From an uncultured Nitrospira sp. (GTDB lineage: Bacteria; Nitrospirota; Nitrospiria; Nitrospirales; Nitrospiraceae), in assembly GCA_902500755.1 (NCBI GenBank), contig CABVRV010000003.1:9471-73470 (forward strand): a DNA stretch of 64,000 nt, in the 5' to 3' direction. Below are positions 1 through 9,235 of this stretch, one piece after another. A program made the translations under genes and the position numbers. The first letter of the stretch is position 1, and every line of letters starts with the position of its first letter. The notes below the pieces were generated by a model. The model worked only from the letters and a program-made list of their open reading frames with translations. It was not told where the DNA came from and did no database searches.

Positions 1-59
1 CACAAGCAAGGATCGCATTGTAAAGTAGACCATTTGTCGGAGCACTCGTCGAAACCATT

Positions 60-1643
60 ATGGCCATCGTAGATGAATGTGTCGGGCTGGATGTCGGACA
101 AACCGGCATCAAAGCCGTCCGTTTTCGCCGTCGTCTCAGCGGGCGCGAAACGGTCGATTATTTCCAGCACCCCATGCCGTTTTCACGGCCGGAGGATCTC
201 GAACCGGCTCGACGTGTGCAGTCGTTGCGAAGCTTCATCTGGCGACACGGTCTCTATGTCACAGACCGCTTAGTGACGGCCATCCCTTGTCAGGACCTCT
301 TCGTGAGAACGCTCTCATTCCCCTTTAAGGACTCAGCCAAGCTGGCGCAAGTCGTGCCTTTTGAAGTCGAAAATCTTGTGCCCATGCCGCTTGAAGATCT
401 GGCGGTCGGAAGCCTGATCCTTCCACCCGAACAACCGATCGATGGATCGGCGCTCGAGACGAAAGGTTCGGAGGTTCTTGTCACCGCCGCGCCCAGAGAG
501 AAGGTCGCCGAGCATCTCCGGTTTTTGGCGCAAGCCGATGTAGAGCCGTCGGCTATCAATGTCGATGCCATGGCGCTCTTTTCCGTGACGCAATATTTAC
601 AAGAAGAAGGCGCAACCGTGCCGCCGGATTTGGCCATCATCGATGTCGGCGCTTCGAAAACCACGCTCTGTCTCGTTCAGGGGGGGCGTCCCGTCGTGCT
701 TCGGACCATCCTGTGGGGCGGCAACCACCTCACGCACGCCCTAGCTGTCCGACAGGCCTGCAGCTTCGCCGACGCTGAACGTCATAAGCGCACGGTAGCC
801 GTTGATCAGGTACATGGGTTACTGGAGCCTATCCTGCGAGAACTTCGAATCACGCTGCAGGCCTATCAAGGAAGCGAGCGTGGTCGTTTGACCCACTGCT
901 GGGTATGCGGAGGTGGGTCCAAGCTTCAGGAAATCGGGAGCTACGTGTCTCGACAATTGGGACTCTACCCGGTGGGACCTCGCCAGGGGTTCGGACCCGA
1001 TGCCCCACGAGCATTCTCCATCGCGTTTGGTTTAGCGATTCATCCCAAGATCATCCGGCCACGCTGGCGATTTAAATCGTCCCCGCTCGGGCTTGCCCTT
1101 GACCTGAAGGGTGTGACAGACGACACTTCACAGGACGCCGTGACAACCACACGAGACCGGCGTATGGCCATCGCCGCTGTTCTGGTCATCGCTGTCCTGG
1201 CACTCGTGGATTTCTCGGTTCACTTCATGTTGCAAGACCAACGAGCGACGCGGCTGAAAACGGCCTTGCAGAGCCAGTATGAGCAATTTTTTGGAGCCGG
1301 GGCCGCACCGGGAGAGGAACTTGACCAAGCCCGGTACCGCATCGGGGTGCTTGATAAATCCCTTAGTCTGATCGACACCACCGACAACAAAGTCTTACGC
1401 ACACTGTCCGTCTTCGTCAAACAATTGCCACCCGGAACAACCGTCAAGGTTCGAGAACTGACCGTCGATGGCGCCGTGATTCTCTTGGAGGGCGAGACCA
1501 CCTCGTTCGACGCGGTTGAACGGGTGAAGCAGACCCTGGCTGCCAGCGCTCACCTCTCGGAAGTCGCGGTGACGGAAACTCGTGTGGGCGCAGCACCCAA
1601 TCAAGTGGTGTTTCGGATGACCGCCACGGTGAAACCATCATGA
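60..1643 (+). CDS. gspL: Type II secretion protein GspL (PilM-like actin-fold cytoplasmic domain, TM helix, PilN/GspL periplasmic domain)
   Basis: VGLDVGQTGIK and IIDVGASKT actin-fold motifs; TM segment near residue 370; VILLEGETTSFDAVERVKQTL C-terminus; followed by gspM and gspK. Confidence 0.75.
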   Translation: MAIVDECVGLDVGQTGIKAVRFRRRLSGRETVDYFQHPMPFSRPEDLEPARRVQSLRSFIWRHGLYVTDRLVTAIPCQDLFVRTLSFPFKDSAKLAQVVPFEVENLVPMPLEDLAVGSLILPPEQPIDGSALETKGSEVLVTAAPREKVAEHLRFLAQADVEPSAINVDAMALFSVTQYLQEEGATVPPDLAIIDVGASKTTLCLVQGGRPVVLRTILWGGNHLTHALAVRQACSFADAERHKRTVAVDQVHGLLEPILRELRITLQAYQGSERGRLTHCWVCGGGSKLQEIGSYVSRQLGLYPVGPRQGFGPDAPRAFSIAFGLAIHPKIIRPRWRFKSSPLGLALDLKGVTDDTSQDAVTTTRDRRMAIAAVLVIAVLALVDFSVHFMLQDQRATRLKTALQSQYEQFFGAGAAPGEELDQARYRIGVLDKSLSLIDTTDNKVLRTLSVFVKQLPPGTTVKVRELTVDGAVILLEGETTSFDAVERVKQTLAASAHLSEVAVTETRVGAAPNQVVFRMTATVKPS

Positions 1644-2188
1644 TGCAAAACTTCCGGGAACGATGGCACCAGATGTCCAAGCGGGAGCGGACGCTCGTGA
1701 CGGCAGGGGGCATCGTGCTTGGACTGAGCCTTGTCTTCCTGCTCATCGTGGATCCCTTACTCGAGAAACTGGATCGCCTTGAGCGTCAGACAGTGCGGAA
1801 ACAGAAAGATCTCACCGAGTTGGCGGCGCTGAGCCGAGCCTATCTCACCAAGCGGGACCGTTTGGCGAAAGTGGAAAGTCGCATGCCCGCAATCGACAGT
1901 CATTTCTCGCTGCTCACGTTCATGGAAGAAGCGGCCACGACGGCACAGGTGCGAGAGCGCATCACAAGTATGCAGCCGCAGGTCCAAACGCTGGCGCAAG
2001 GTTATGAAGAAACCGCCGTCGACCTGCGGTTAGAAGGCGTGCAACTGCCGGAAGTCCTTGCCTTACTGGTCGCCATTGACCAAGCTCCGTACGATCTTCA
2101 AGTCCGCCATCTCCAAATACGCCCCAAGTTCGATAACCCGGTGAACATGGACGCAACCATTCGGGTCTTAAGCTATGCCAAAAGCTGA
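1640..2188 (+). CDS. gspM: Type II secretion protein GspM
   Basis: W..MSKRERTLV N-terminus, one TM helix, coiled coil, then ferredoxin-like VDLRLEGV; overlaps the gspL stop. Confidence 0.8.
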   Translation: MMQNFRERWHQMSKRERTLVTAGGIVLGLSLVFLLIVDPLLEKLDRLERQTVRKQKDLTELAALSRAYLTKRDRLAKVESRMPAIDSHFSLLTFMEEAATTAQVRERITSMQPQVQTLAQGYEETAVDLRLEGVQLPEVLALLVAIDQAPYDLQVRHLQIRPKFDNPVNMDATIRVLSYAKS

Positions 2189-3119
2189 CCAGCGAGGCGT
2201 CGCGCTTCTGTTGGCGCTCCTCGTGTTGACCCTCCTCACCGCCCTCATTCTTGAATTTGACGCGGAAGCGCGCCGGGAATACCGTGCGGCGGCGACCTTT
2301 CGAGACGACTATAAGGCCAGTATGCTGACGCGGGCGGCGGTCCAGGCGACACGCGCGGTGCTGGCGCAGGATCTCCTGCGCGAAAAAATGACGGGGCAAA
2401 AATACGACGGCCCGACCGACATCTGGGCCATGCCGATCAAAAATTATGCGATCGGCGACGGGTTCTTGACGGCGCAAATCAAAGACGAGACAGGGAAAGT
2501 GAATCTGAACGACCTCGCCTCGACGTCTGGTGGGGAACTGGAACAGAAGAAAAGGGTTTTCCGGGTCAGACGATTGTTCGAACTGCTCAAGGTGAATCCA
2601 AACCTCGTGGATGCCCTCATCGACTGGATCGATCAGGATGACGCGCCTCAACCGGCCGGAGCAGAGAGCCTCTACTATCAGTCCTTGAGGCCGCCCTATC
2701 GAGCCGCAAATTCGCCGTTGCCTGGACTCGGCGATCTTCGGCTCATCAAGGGATTTACACCGGACATTATCGAGCGACTCGAGCCCTATGTCACGGTCTA
2801 TCCCTTGGAAGGTGGAGCCCCGATGAACCTCAACACAGCCGATCCCATCGTCATTCAGACGCTCGACCCCGGTATTACCCAATCGATTGCCATGGAGATC
2901 GCTCAAGGACGTCCATACAAAACCAAGGTCGAACTCGATCGAGTCAGCAGTTTTCAAGAAATCGGCCGGACGTTGCGCAACGACTACGACGTCAAGTCGG
3001 ACTATTTCTCAGCACGGCTGGCCATTACCGTGAACGAAACGACGAAGTCCTCATTCGTGGTCCTAAGGCGAGATGCCAGCAAAGGCGAGAGCACGGTGGA
3101 ATATTTGCGGATTCTCTGA
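2175..3119 (+). CDS. gspK: Type II secretion minor pseudopilin GspK
   Basis: QRG/VALLLALLVL prepilin motif; DETGKVNLN, DALIDWIDQD, MNLNTAD motifs. Confidence 0.9.
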   Translation: MPKADQRGVALLLALLVLTLLTALILEFDAEARREYRAAATFRDDYKASMLTRAAVQATRAVLAQDLLREKMTGQKYDGPTDIWAMPIKNYAIGDGFLTAQIKDETGKVNLNDLASTSGGELEQKKRVFRVRRLFELLKVNPNLVDALIDWIDQDDAPQPAGAESLYYQSLRPPYRAANSPLPGLGDLRLIKGFTPDIIERLEPYVTVYPLEGGAPMNLNTADPIVIQTLDPGITQSIAMEIAQGRPYKTKVELDRVSSFQEIGRTLRNDYDVKSDYFSARLAITVNETTKSSFVVLRRDASKGESTVEYLRIL

Positions 3120-3131
3120 CGGCACACTGCG

Positions 3132-3190
3132 AGTTCCAGGTTTCAAGTTTTAAGGCCCCTGTCTCAACAGGTAACTTGGAACGTGAAACT
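3132..3190. terminator. Imperfect inverted repeat between convergent gspK and the REC-kinase gene (heptamer-built, possible bidirectional terminator)
   Basis: agttccaggtttcaagtt (3132-3149) pairs 15/18 with aacttggaacgtgaaact (3173-3190). Confidence 0.55.
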
Positions 3191-4089
3191 TAATCAAGCG
3201 GTACCATGATCGTCACTTCATTACCGCATTCATTGTAGGCTAAACTAGGAAAAAACGAACGAGTCAAAAAGATCCCTCTCCCATTCGCGCCTTCCGACTC
3301 ACATACTTCCTGCGAGCGCATGAGCAGACTCCGCCATTTGAAACCCTTGCCTTCATCGGTGATGCGATAAAGCAGACTGTTACCGCTCTTCTCGTAGAGC
3401 GCATGAATGGTCACGCGCCGATCTCTGAGCCGAGCTTGGGCCAAGCGTCGGGCGAGGAGCTGTTCATACTGTCCGTCCGCCAGAGCCTCTTGTTTCTCTT
3501 GGTAAAAGATTTCGAGATTCCCATGTTCGATGGCATTGAAGAGCAATTCTTGTAACGCTCCTTGAAGGTGCAACCGCCGCGTCGGCGGCAAAGCGGACGC
3601 CGTAGTCTTCATCAACCAGGAAATAATTCCTGAGATATGGGCAGGATCCGAGTCCACAGTCAGGCTATACTCTGATCGGCACACTCCCGGAAGATCAGCC
3701 AGATCTCCAGGCAGGAGTCCGCGCGCGCGCTGAATTGCGTGGGCCAATTCTTCTTCGGCGATAGGTTTATGAAGATAGTCGGCGGCTCCGACGCGCAGCG
3801 CCTCCAGGATCATCGGTTCCGGCGCGTCTTGGGCCATCACAATCACGGGGCAGGGATCATGTCTGGCTTTGAGCTTTTTCACCAATCTGAGTCCGGCTGC
3901 GTCGGGGAGAAATAAATCGGTGAGTACTATGTCCGGGGCCGTGGAATCGATGGTCGCCAATGCCGCTGCCGGATCATCCACGGCGACGACCGAAAACCCT
4001 CTGCCCCGCAAGTGCTGGGCGATGCACGCTTGGGTCTCTGGACACGAGTCGATGACCAACAGATGATCCGAGGTGTCCGGCATGTTCAT
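3190..4089 (-). CDS. Response regulator: REC + RsbW-like HATPase_c Ser kinase / anti-sigma domain
   Basis: REC with VLTDLFLPD and LHKPI; N-box ELLFNAIEHGN, G1 ITDEGKGF, G2 GRGIFL. Confidence 0.85.
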   Translation of the reverse strand: MNMPDTSDHLLVIDSCPETQACIAQHLRGRGFSVVAVDDPAAALATIDSTAPDIVLTDLFLPDAAGLRLVKKLKARHDPCPVIVMAQDAPEPMILEALRVGAADYLHKPIAEEELAHAIQRARGLLPGDLADLPGVCRSEYSLTVDSDPAHISGIISWLMKTTASALPPTRRLHLQGALQELLFNAIEHGNLEIFYQEKQEALADGQYEQLLARRLAQARLRDRRVTIHALYEKSGNSLLYRITDEGKGFKWRSLLMRSQEVCESEGANGRGIFLTRSFFPSLAYNECGNEVTIMVPLD

Positions 4090-4445
4090 GCGGCAAGTCC
4101 TTTGTCCCGTTCATGGCGAAGCGCATTCAGCAGACGCAAGAGTTCCTGTTCCAGCGTGACATAGAGCGCTTCAGCATGCTGAAGATTTCCGGCCTTTGCG
4201 GTTTCCTCTAATGTTTTGCATGCGTGAAGGGCAGCCGGAGCGCAAAACTGGAGGATCGCTCCCTTCAACCGATGACTGGATCGGGTCAAACCGGCGGCGT
4301 CTTGCGCGCCGAGTGTTGCTTTCGCTTCCGCTAAGTCCTTCGGCCCGTGTTCGATGAAGAGTTCCACCATCATGTCAAACGTCTCTCGGTCGTGATCGAC
4401 TCGGGAAAGCGCCTCATCAAGACTGAAGACGGAATCATGATTCAT
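4086..4445 (-). CDS. Stand-alone Hpt phosphotransfer protein
   Basis: SSHRLKGAILQFCA Hpt motif with conserved His; 119 aa helical protein. Confidence 0.9.
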   Translation of the reverse strand: MNHDSVFSLDEALSRVDHDRETFDMMVELFIEHGPKDLAEAKATLGAQDAAGLTRSSHRLKGAILQFCAPAALHACKTLEETAKAGNLQHAEALYVTLEQELLRLLNALRHERDKGLAA

Positions 4446-4457
4446 AAGATCCGCTCT

Positions 4458-5666
4458 CTACACGACTGCCGCCGTCACCTCGACACCCATCAGAGCCACA
4501 TCATCGGGAAATTGTTCGTGCCCCTGCCATCGGATCGCTTCCTCAATGGATCCCGCCACGACTTCCGTCAGAGGTCGGGGGCCGAAACCACGAATTGTCT
4601 CTTCCAGCCGATCTTGTCCCCACAATTCTCCGCTCGCATCCGGAACTTCATAAAGGCCGTCGCTCAACAGGTACAATCGATCACCCGGTGCGATCGTGAG
4701 ATCTGTCGTCACATACACCGTCGAGGCATCAAACCCGAGCGGTAAGTTAGGTCGAGTCATCCAACGGAATTCTCCAGACGCTCGTTGGAGAAACGCCCCA
4801 TTGTGACCGGCAGTGGCGTAGGAGAGGGTACGGGTACGCATGTCGAGTCTGGCAAAGATGATCGTAAAGTAGTTCCCGTCTTCCGTCAGCGGGAACTGTT
4901 TGTTGGCTTCCGTGAGAATGGAACCCGGATCAGTCGACCCGACATGCCGGAGCAAGTTGCCTCGTCGCAGAAATGTTGAAAGAGATGCGGAGCGCAATGC
5001 CGGCGAGACACCATGACCGGAAGCATCCAGCAAGTACAACCCCAACACACCATCGCCCCACGAAACGATGTTAAACAGGTCCCCGCCCAAGCCGAGCGAG
5101 GGTCGATAGGCATGCACCATCTGAACGCCGGGTAAGACGATGCCCGGCGCCGGGAGCAGCGATTCAACGTAGCGCGCCGCGGATTGCAGCTCTCGCTCGA
5201 GCACCTCCTGCTTGCGCCGAATCTCCCCGGTCGCGTCTTCTAATCGCCGGATCAGGGTCGCGGCGCGTATTCCGGACTGAACGCGAGCCGTGATTTCATA
5301 CTTGCTGGCGGCTTTGCTGAGAAAATCATCGGCCCCACGGGCCAATCCCTCGGCGATCTGCTCAGGTTGATCGTGGCTCGTCATCATGAGGATCTGACTG
5401 GTGAGCAGCTCAGGATCTTGGCGCACCCGTTCACAGAAGGACGGGCCGTCGATTTCAGGCATCATCCAATCTAAAATGGTCAGATCCGGTCGTTCACGAC
5501 GCAGCGCATCCAGTCCGGATTTGCCGTCGACCGCCTCGATCACGCGGTACCCCATCCGCTTGAGTCGAGCCGCCAGCGCAATGCGCGCGGTCGGCTCATC
5601 GTCCACGATGAGCACAGTTTGCCGCGCCACCTGAGCTGTTTGTTCAACCGACGTTGATGGCATCAC
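4458..5666 (-). CDS. REC + PP2C/SpoIIE Ser phosphatase (RsbU/RsbY-like)
   Basis: REC LIVDD..ILDWMMPEIDG..FLSK; PP2C LGGDLF, DASGHG, ATAGH, LSDG, DDVALM. Confidence 0.92.
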   Translation of the reverse strand: MMPSTSVEQTAQVARQTVLIVDDEPTARIALAARLKRMGYRVIEAVDGKSGLDALRRERPDLTILDWMMPEIDGPSFCERVRQDPELLTSQILMMTSHDQPEQIAEGLARGADDFLSKAASKYEITARVQSGIRAATLIRRLEDATGEIRRKQEVLERELQSAARYVESLLPAPGIVLPGVQMVHAYRPSLGLGGDLFNIVSWGDGVLGLYLLDASGHGVSPALRSASLSTFLRRGNLLRHVGSTDPGSILTEANKQFPLTEDGNYFTIIFARLDMRTRTLSYATAGHNGAFLQRASGEFRWMTRPNLPLGFDASTVYVTTDLTIAPGDRLYLLSDGLYEVPDASGELWGQDRLEETIRGFGPRPLTEVVAGSIEEAIRWQGHEQFPDDVALMGVEVTAAVV

Positions 5667-5694
5667 AAATCCCGCGTCAAAGTTACGTCATGTT

Positions 5695-5754
5695 TGTGAA
5701 GCGTCGTTCGTGAAGCGTGAAGTGTCTGAATCAAAAGACGAGATACGCTTCACG
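5695..5754. repeat. Intergenic heptamer repeat / hairpin element
   Basis: tgtgaag|cgtcgtt|cgtgaag|cgtgaag ... acgagat|acgcttc|acg. Confidence 0.65.
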
Positions 5755-5763
5755 CCGTCTGAC

Positions 5764-6114
5764 CTAGGCGGCTCGTTGTTGTGAGGCCAACGCATCTTGC
5801 TCGTTATCGTAGACGGGGATCAATTTCTGAATGTTTGCCAGGCTCATGATTTCCCGCACGTAGCTCTGCGGCTTCAACATACTCACTTTCCCTTGGCCCA
5901 ACTTAAAGTTTTGCGAGACCAGCGCAAGCAGTCCTAACCCGGAACTATCGACGAAGCGCACCTCGGACATATTCAAGATGAGATGCCGACAGCCCTTCTG
6001 CCGGATCGCTTCCACCGCCGTTTTGAATTGCTCACGATTGGCGTAGGTGAGATCTCCCGTCAACTCCAGAACCACACCGTTCGGCACTGGGCGTTCCTTC
6101 ACTTGCATGGCCAT
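5764..6114 (-). CDS. STAS anti-anti-sigma factor
   Basis: LELTGDL, LILNMSEVRFVDSSGLGLL (phospho-acceptor DSSG). Confidence 0.92.
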   Translation of the reverse strand: MAMQVKERPVPNGVVLELTGDLTYANREQFKTAVEAIRQKGCRHLILNMSEVRFVDSSGLGLLALVSQNFKLGQGKVSMLKPQSYVREIMSLANIQKLIPVYDNEQDALASQQRAA

Positions 6115-6162
6115 GACTTCCTCCTTCTTTCAATTCGGTCGAGACCGGTTCGTATCTTCCTC

Positions 6163-6501
6163 TCATGCGGCTCGAGCTTCAGCCGCCGCCTCCTCTGTTG
6201 GAAACACAGGAATCATCCTGTCTAGATTTGCCATCTCGAGAATCGTTTTCACCGTGCCTTGTGGCCCGACCAAGCTGAGCATTCTCTCGTCCGCCGTGAG
6301 CTGTTGGGACGTTAGTGCCAGCAAGCCGACAGCGGCACTATCGACATAGGTGGCATCGTGTAAATCGACGATGAGATGTTTACTTGGGGACTCCCTAAAT
6401 GTCTTCACCGCAGACGAGAAGTCTTTCCGGTTACGGTGCGTAAAGACATCGTCGATGTGCACCACGGTGGTCGTGTGTGAAGTGCGTTGAGTAATCGGCA
6501 T
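6163..6501 (-). CDS. Second STAS anti-anti-sigma factor
   Basis: LIVDLHDATYVDSAAVGLL..LEMANLDRMIPVFPTEEAA. Confidence 0.88.
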   Translation of the reverse strand: MPITQRTSHTTTVVHIDDVFTHRNRKDFSSAVKTFRESPSKHLIVDLHDATYVDSAAVGLLALTSQQLTADERMLSLVGPQGTVKTILEMANLDRMIPVFPTEEAAAEARAA

Positions 6502-6562
6502 ACAAACTCCCAGACAAATAGAGACTCAGTTGGATATGGTAGTCGTACTGGACTGCTTACTA

Positions 6563-6590
6563 TTGTCGGCTGGTTTTCCTCGGGACTTGA
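6563..6590 (-). promoter_or_regulatory. sigma28 (FliA) promoter for the STAS-STAS-PP2C-Hpt-kinase operon
   Basis: Minus strand TCAA-N16-GCCGACAA, 62 bp upstream of the STAS start. Confidence 0.7.
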
Positions 6591-6623
6591 GATCCAAGCG
6601 GTTGGGCAGCGAGGGCCGAAGGT

Positions 6624-7463
6624 TTAGGGCAACTTTGGGCGATCTATTCCAGACAACTCCGGTTGCAGCTGCGATGCGCCTGCTGGCATATCATCCGTTG
6701 ATTGCTCAGAGCCATCCGTCTCATGTTCTGCCCGGAGAAGTGAATCGGGTGGCGCTTGCTCAAGAATAATAACTTCAACTCGACGATTTTTGGCCCTTTG
6801 TTCAGAATCTAGATTGCCCGTCACTGGCCTCGTGTCGGCATGTCCTACCGCGGCAAGGTGGTCGGACGGCACACTGTAGAGTTCCGACAGCACTCTGACG
6901 ACCATCACAGCTCGAGCAGCCGATAAGTCCCAGTTGGAAGGAAATTGTGCCGTACGGATCGGAACATTATCCGTATGTCCCTCGACTTTGGTATGGCGGT
7001 TGAGCTCGACAAGCGCCCCGCTTAATCCCTCAAGAAATGGTAGTGCTTCCGCACGCACCGCAGCTTCTCCGCTGTTGAACAACAGCTGGTCTGGGATCGT
7101 GATGACGATGTCGCCGTTGACTTTTTCGGTGATTCGCACCGTCGACATCTGGGGGACCGCCTTGATGCTCTTCACCAAATTTCTCAGTTTTCTGATCACC
7201 ACCTCCTTACTCCCAGGCGTGTCCGGAGCCGTGAGTGCCGCTTTGTTGGCGCTCAACGAAAAGGGGGTAGGAGAGGACGGAGGACTTACGACTGGATTGA
7301 GCGCCGCCTTGATCGATTCACTGACGGTTCGGTACTTTCCGACGTTGACGGAGGAGATCGAGTACATCACGACGAAAAACGCAAAGAGTAAGGTAATGAA
7401 GTCGGCGTATGAGACCAGCCACCGCTCGTGGTTTTCGTGTTCCTCGTGCTTGTGCTTCGCCAT
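6624..7463 (-). CDS. motB: Flagellar stator protein MotB
   Basis: WLVSYADFITLLFAFFVVMYS; OmpA-like VEGHTD..SNWDLSAARA..NRRVEV. Confidence 0.96.
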   Translation of the reverse strand: MAKHKHEEHENHERWLVSYADFITLLFAFFVVMYSISSVNVGKYRTVSESIKAALNPVVSPPSSPTPFSLSANKAALTAPDTPGSKEVVIRKLRNLVKSIKAVPQMSTVRITEKVNGDIVITIPDQLLFNSGEAAVRAEALPFLEGLSGALVELNRHTKVEGHTDNVPIRTAQFPSNWDLSAARAVMVVRVLSELYSVPSDHLAAVGHADTRPVTGNLDSEQRAKNRRVEVIILEQAPPDSLLRAEHETDGSEQSTDDMPAGASQLQPELSGIDRPKLP

Positions 7464-7470
7464 TGATCAC

Positions 7471-7557
7471 CGTGACGCGTGAAACGTGCAACGTGAAGCG
7501 TTTGAGTCATCCCTCTTTAAGACCATCACGAGATACGAATGACGCTTCACGAACGAC
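7471..7557. repeat. Intergenic heptamer inverted-repeat element between motA and motB
   Basis: cgtgacg|cgtgaaa|cgtgcaa|cgtgaag|cgt ... acgagat|acgaatg|acgcttc|acgaacg|ac. Confidence 0.75.
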
Positions 7558-7558
7558 A

Positions 7559-8329
7559 TCATTTTTTTGTCTCCTTGGTCCGCTCGCTTTGGGGCAGAAC
7601 GCCCTCTAACTTTTCCTGAAGCAACCGAGGATTTTCACCTTGAGCAAGTCCTACGAGTCCCATAATGACCAGGTTGCGAGCACCCGCTTCTTCCTTCAGC
7701 TTCAGTTTGATCTTATTGGCAAGTGGAAGAAAAAACAGGTTCGCTGCGCCGACGCCGTAGACGGTGGCAACGAACGCCACCGCGATACCGCTGCCTAGTT
7801 TTGAGGGATCAGCTAGATTTTCCATCACGTGGATCAGCCCAAGCACCGCGCCGATGATGCCGACGGTCGGCGCATACCCACCGGCCGCTTCCCAGACCTT
7901 GGCTGCGATCACGCCCTGCTCCTCATGATGCTCCACCTCGATCTCAAGAATCTCGTGCACGGCTTTCGGTTCTGTTCCGTCGACGATGAGTTGAATCCCT
8001 TTTTTCATGAACGGATCCTTAATGTCCTTCAGCTTTCCTTCCAGCGCCAACAACCCTTGTTTCCGCGAGATCGTGGCGAGATCTAAGATGAGTTTAATCG
8101 TTCCTTTGTTGTCGATATGAGGGCCTGCGATCGCGATGGACAGCGCACCAAACGCCTTGATGACCACCGATAACGGATTTTGTATGCAAATCGCGCCGAA
8201 GGTGCCGCCGATCACGATGATGAAGGCGGTGAGCTGCATGATCGAGCCGACGTGCCCACCCTCCAGTACTTGGCCCCCGATAATGGAGCCCAACGCGATC
8301 GCTATTCCAAGGATTGTGGCAATATCCAT
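7559..8329 (-). CDS. motA: Flagellar stator protein MotA
   Basis: RKQGLLALE, GIQLIVDG, GGYAPTVGIIGAVLGLI, AFVATVYGV. Confidence 0.96.
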   Translation of the reverse strand: MDIATILGIAIALGSIIGGQVLEGGHVGSIMQLTAFIIVIGGTFGAICIQNPLSVVIKAFGALSIAIAGPHIDNKGTIKLILDLATISRKQGLLALEGKLKDIKDPFMKKGIQLIVDGTEPKAVHEILEIEVEHHEEQGVIAAKVWEAAGGYAPTVGIIGAVLGLIHVMENLADPSKLGSGIAVAFVATVYGVGAANLFFLPLANKIKLKLKEEAGARNLVIMGLVGLAQGENPRLLQEKLEGVLPQSERTKETKK

Positions 8330-8341
8330 TATTCCGGCGCC

Positions 8342-8536
8342 TCATTTGAATCCGAATTGAGCCAGGATATCGTCGGCTACTTGCTGTTTCATGGCCGTCA
8401 TTTTCGAATCATCGAGTTGCTTCAGCAGGTGACCGGCTGTGCCTTCGACACCCCTGTTCTCCCCGTTCTGTTGAATACTGAAGATCGCGACCAGTTCCAC
8501 TAATTTGTTTTGCACGTCATCGAGTATGGTCACCAT
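8342..8536 (-). CDS. CheZ C-terminal-like 64-aa protein (truncated remnant or mini-CheZ)
   Basis: LDDVQNKLVELVAIF ... QQVADDILAQFGFK resembles the CheZ tail and CheY-binding C-helix; lies between cheY and motA; no DxxxQ catalytic motif. Confidence 0.65.
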   Translation of the reverse strand: MVTILDDVQNKLVELVAIFSIQQNGENRGVEGTAGHLLKQLDDSKMTAMKQQVADDILAQFGFK

Positions 8537-8543
8537 CCATGGC

Positions 8544-8924
8544 TTACTTGAAAATCTTGCCGAGCTTCTCGTGCATGGTCTCTGCCGTAAAGGGCTTGAC
8601 AATGTAGTTACTCACCCCGGCTTGAACGGCCTCAACCAGATTGCTCTGTTGAGCTTCAGCCGTCACCATCAACACAGGAATAGCTTTGAGTTTCTCGTCC
8701 GCCCTAATTGCACGGAGCATATCGATGCCCGTCATGACCGGCATGTTCCAATCGGAGACGACGAATCCGTACGTATCGCCCCGTAGCTTTTGCAGGGCTT
8801 CCTGCCCGTTTTCGGCTTCGTCACAATTGGGAAATCCCAGCTGTTTCAGAATATTTTTTATGATCCTTCTCATCGTGACCATGTCATCGACGACGAGGAT
8901 TTTCATGTTGGGATCGGCTGGCAT
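8544..8924 (-). CDS. cheY: Chemotaxis response regulator CheY
   Basis: [29 protein letters not shown]; start moved to the ATG at 8924 behind GAGG. Confidence 0.93.
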   Translation of the reverse strand: MPADPNMKILVVDDMVTMRRIIKNILKQLGFPNCDEAENGQEALQKLRGDTYGFVVSDWNMPVMTGIDMLRAIRADEKLKAIPVLMVTAEAQQSNLVEAVQAGVSNYIVKPFTAETMHEKLGKIFK

Positions 8925-9024
8925 GATGCCTCTTTTTTTCTGCTTCGACTGTCCCAACACGAGGACGCACTGCTAACAAAACCGTGGTGGTGGGCGTCTT
9001 CGTGACGCCCCTGCACTTCACTCC

Positions 9025-9052
9025 ATATCGGCACATGCCTCGAATGACCTGA
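9025..9052 (-). promoter_or_regulatory. sigma28 promoter for cheY-(cheZ-like)-motA-motB
   Basis: Minus strand TCAG-N16-GCCGATAT. Confidence 0.6.
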
Positions 9053-9235
9053 GCCGGAGAGAGTCGAGAGGTGCTCGGATTTCGAGCTGAGAATGAAACG
9101 ATCAACTGGCGTGGAGGAAAGTCGGTTCGATCAATGGCCGTAACGACAGAATTATGCCGACCGCTCATTTTCTGAGCACCGCGCGGGTCAAAGAATGAAG
9201 GTATCTCCCATTCCGTCCGTCAACGGGAGAACGAC

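Noticed and set aside
1962-2957. 331-aa minus-strand ORF
   Set aside because: Antisense shadow of gspM/gspK with no recognisable motifs
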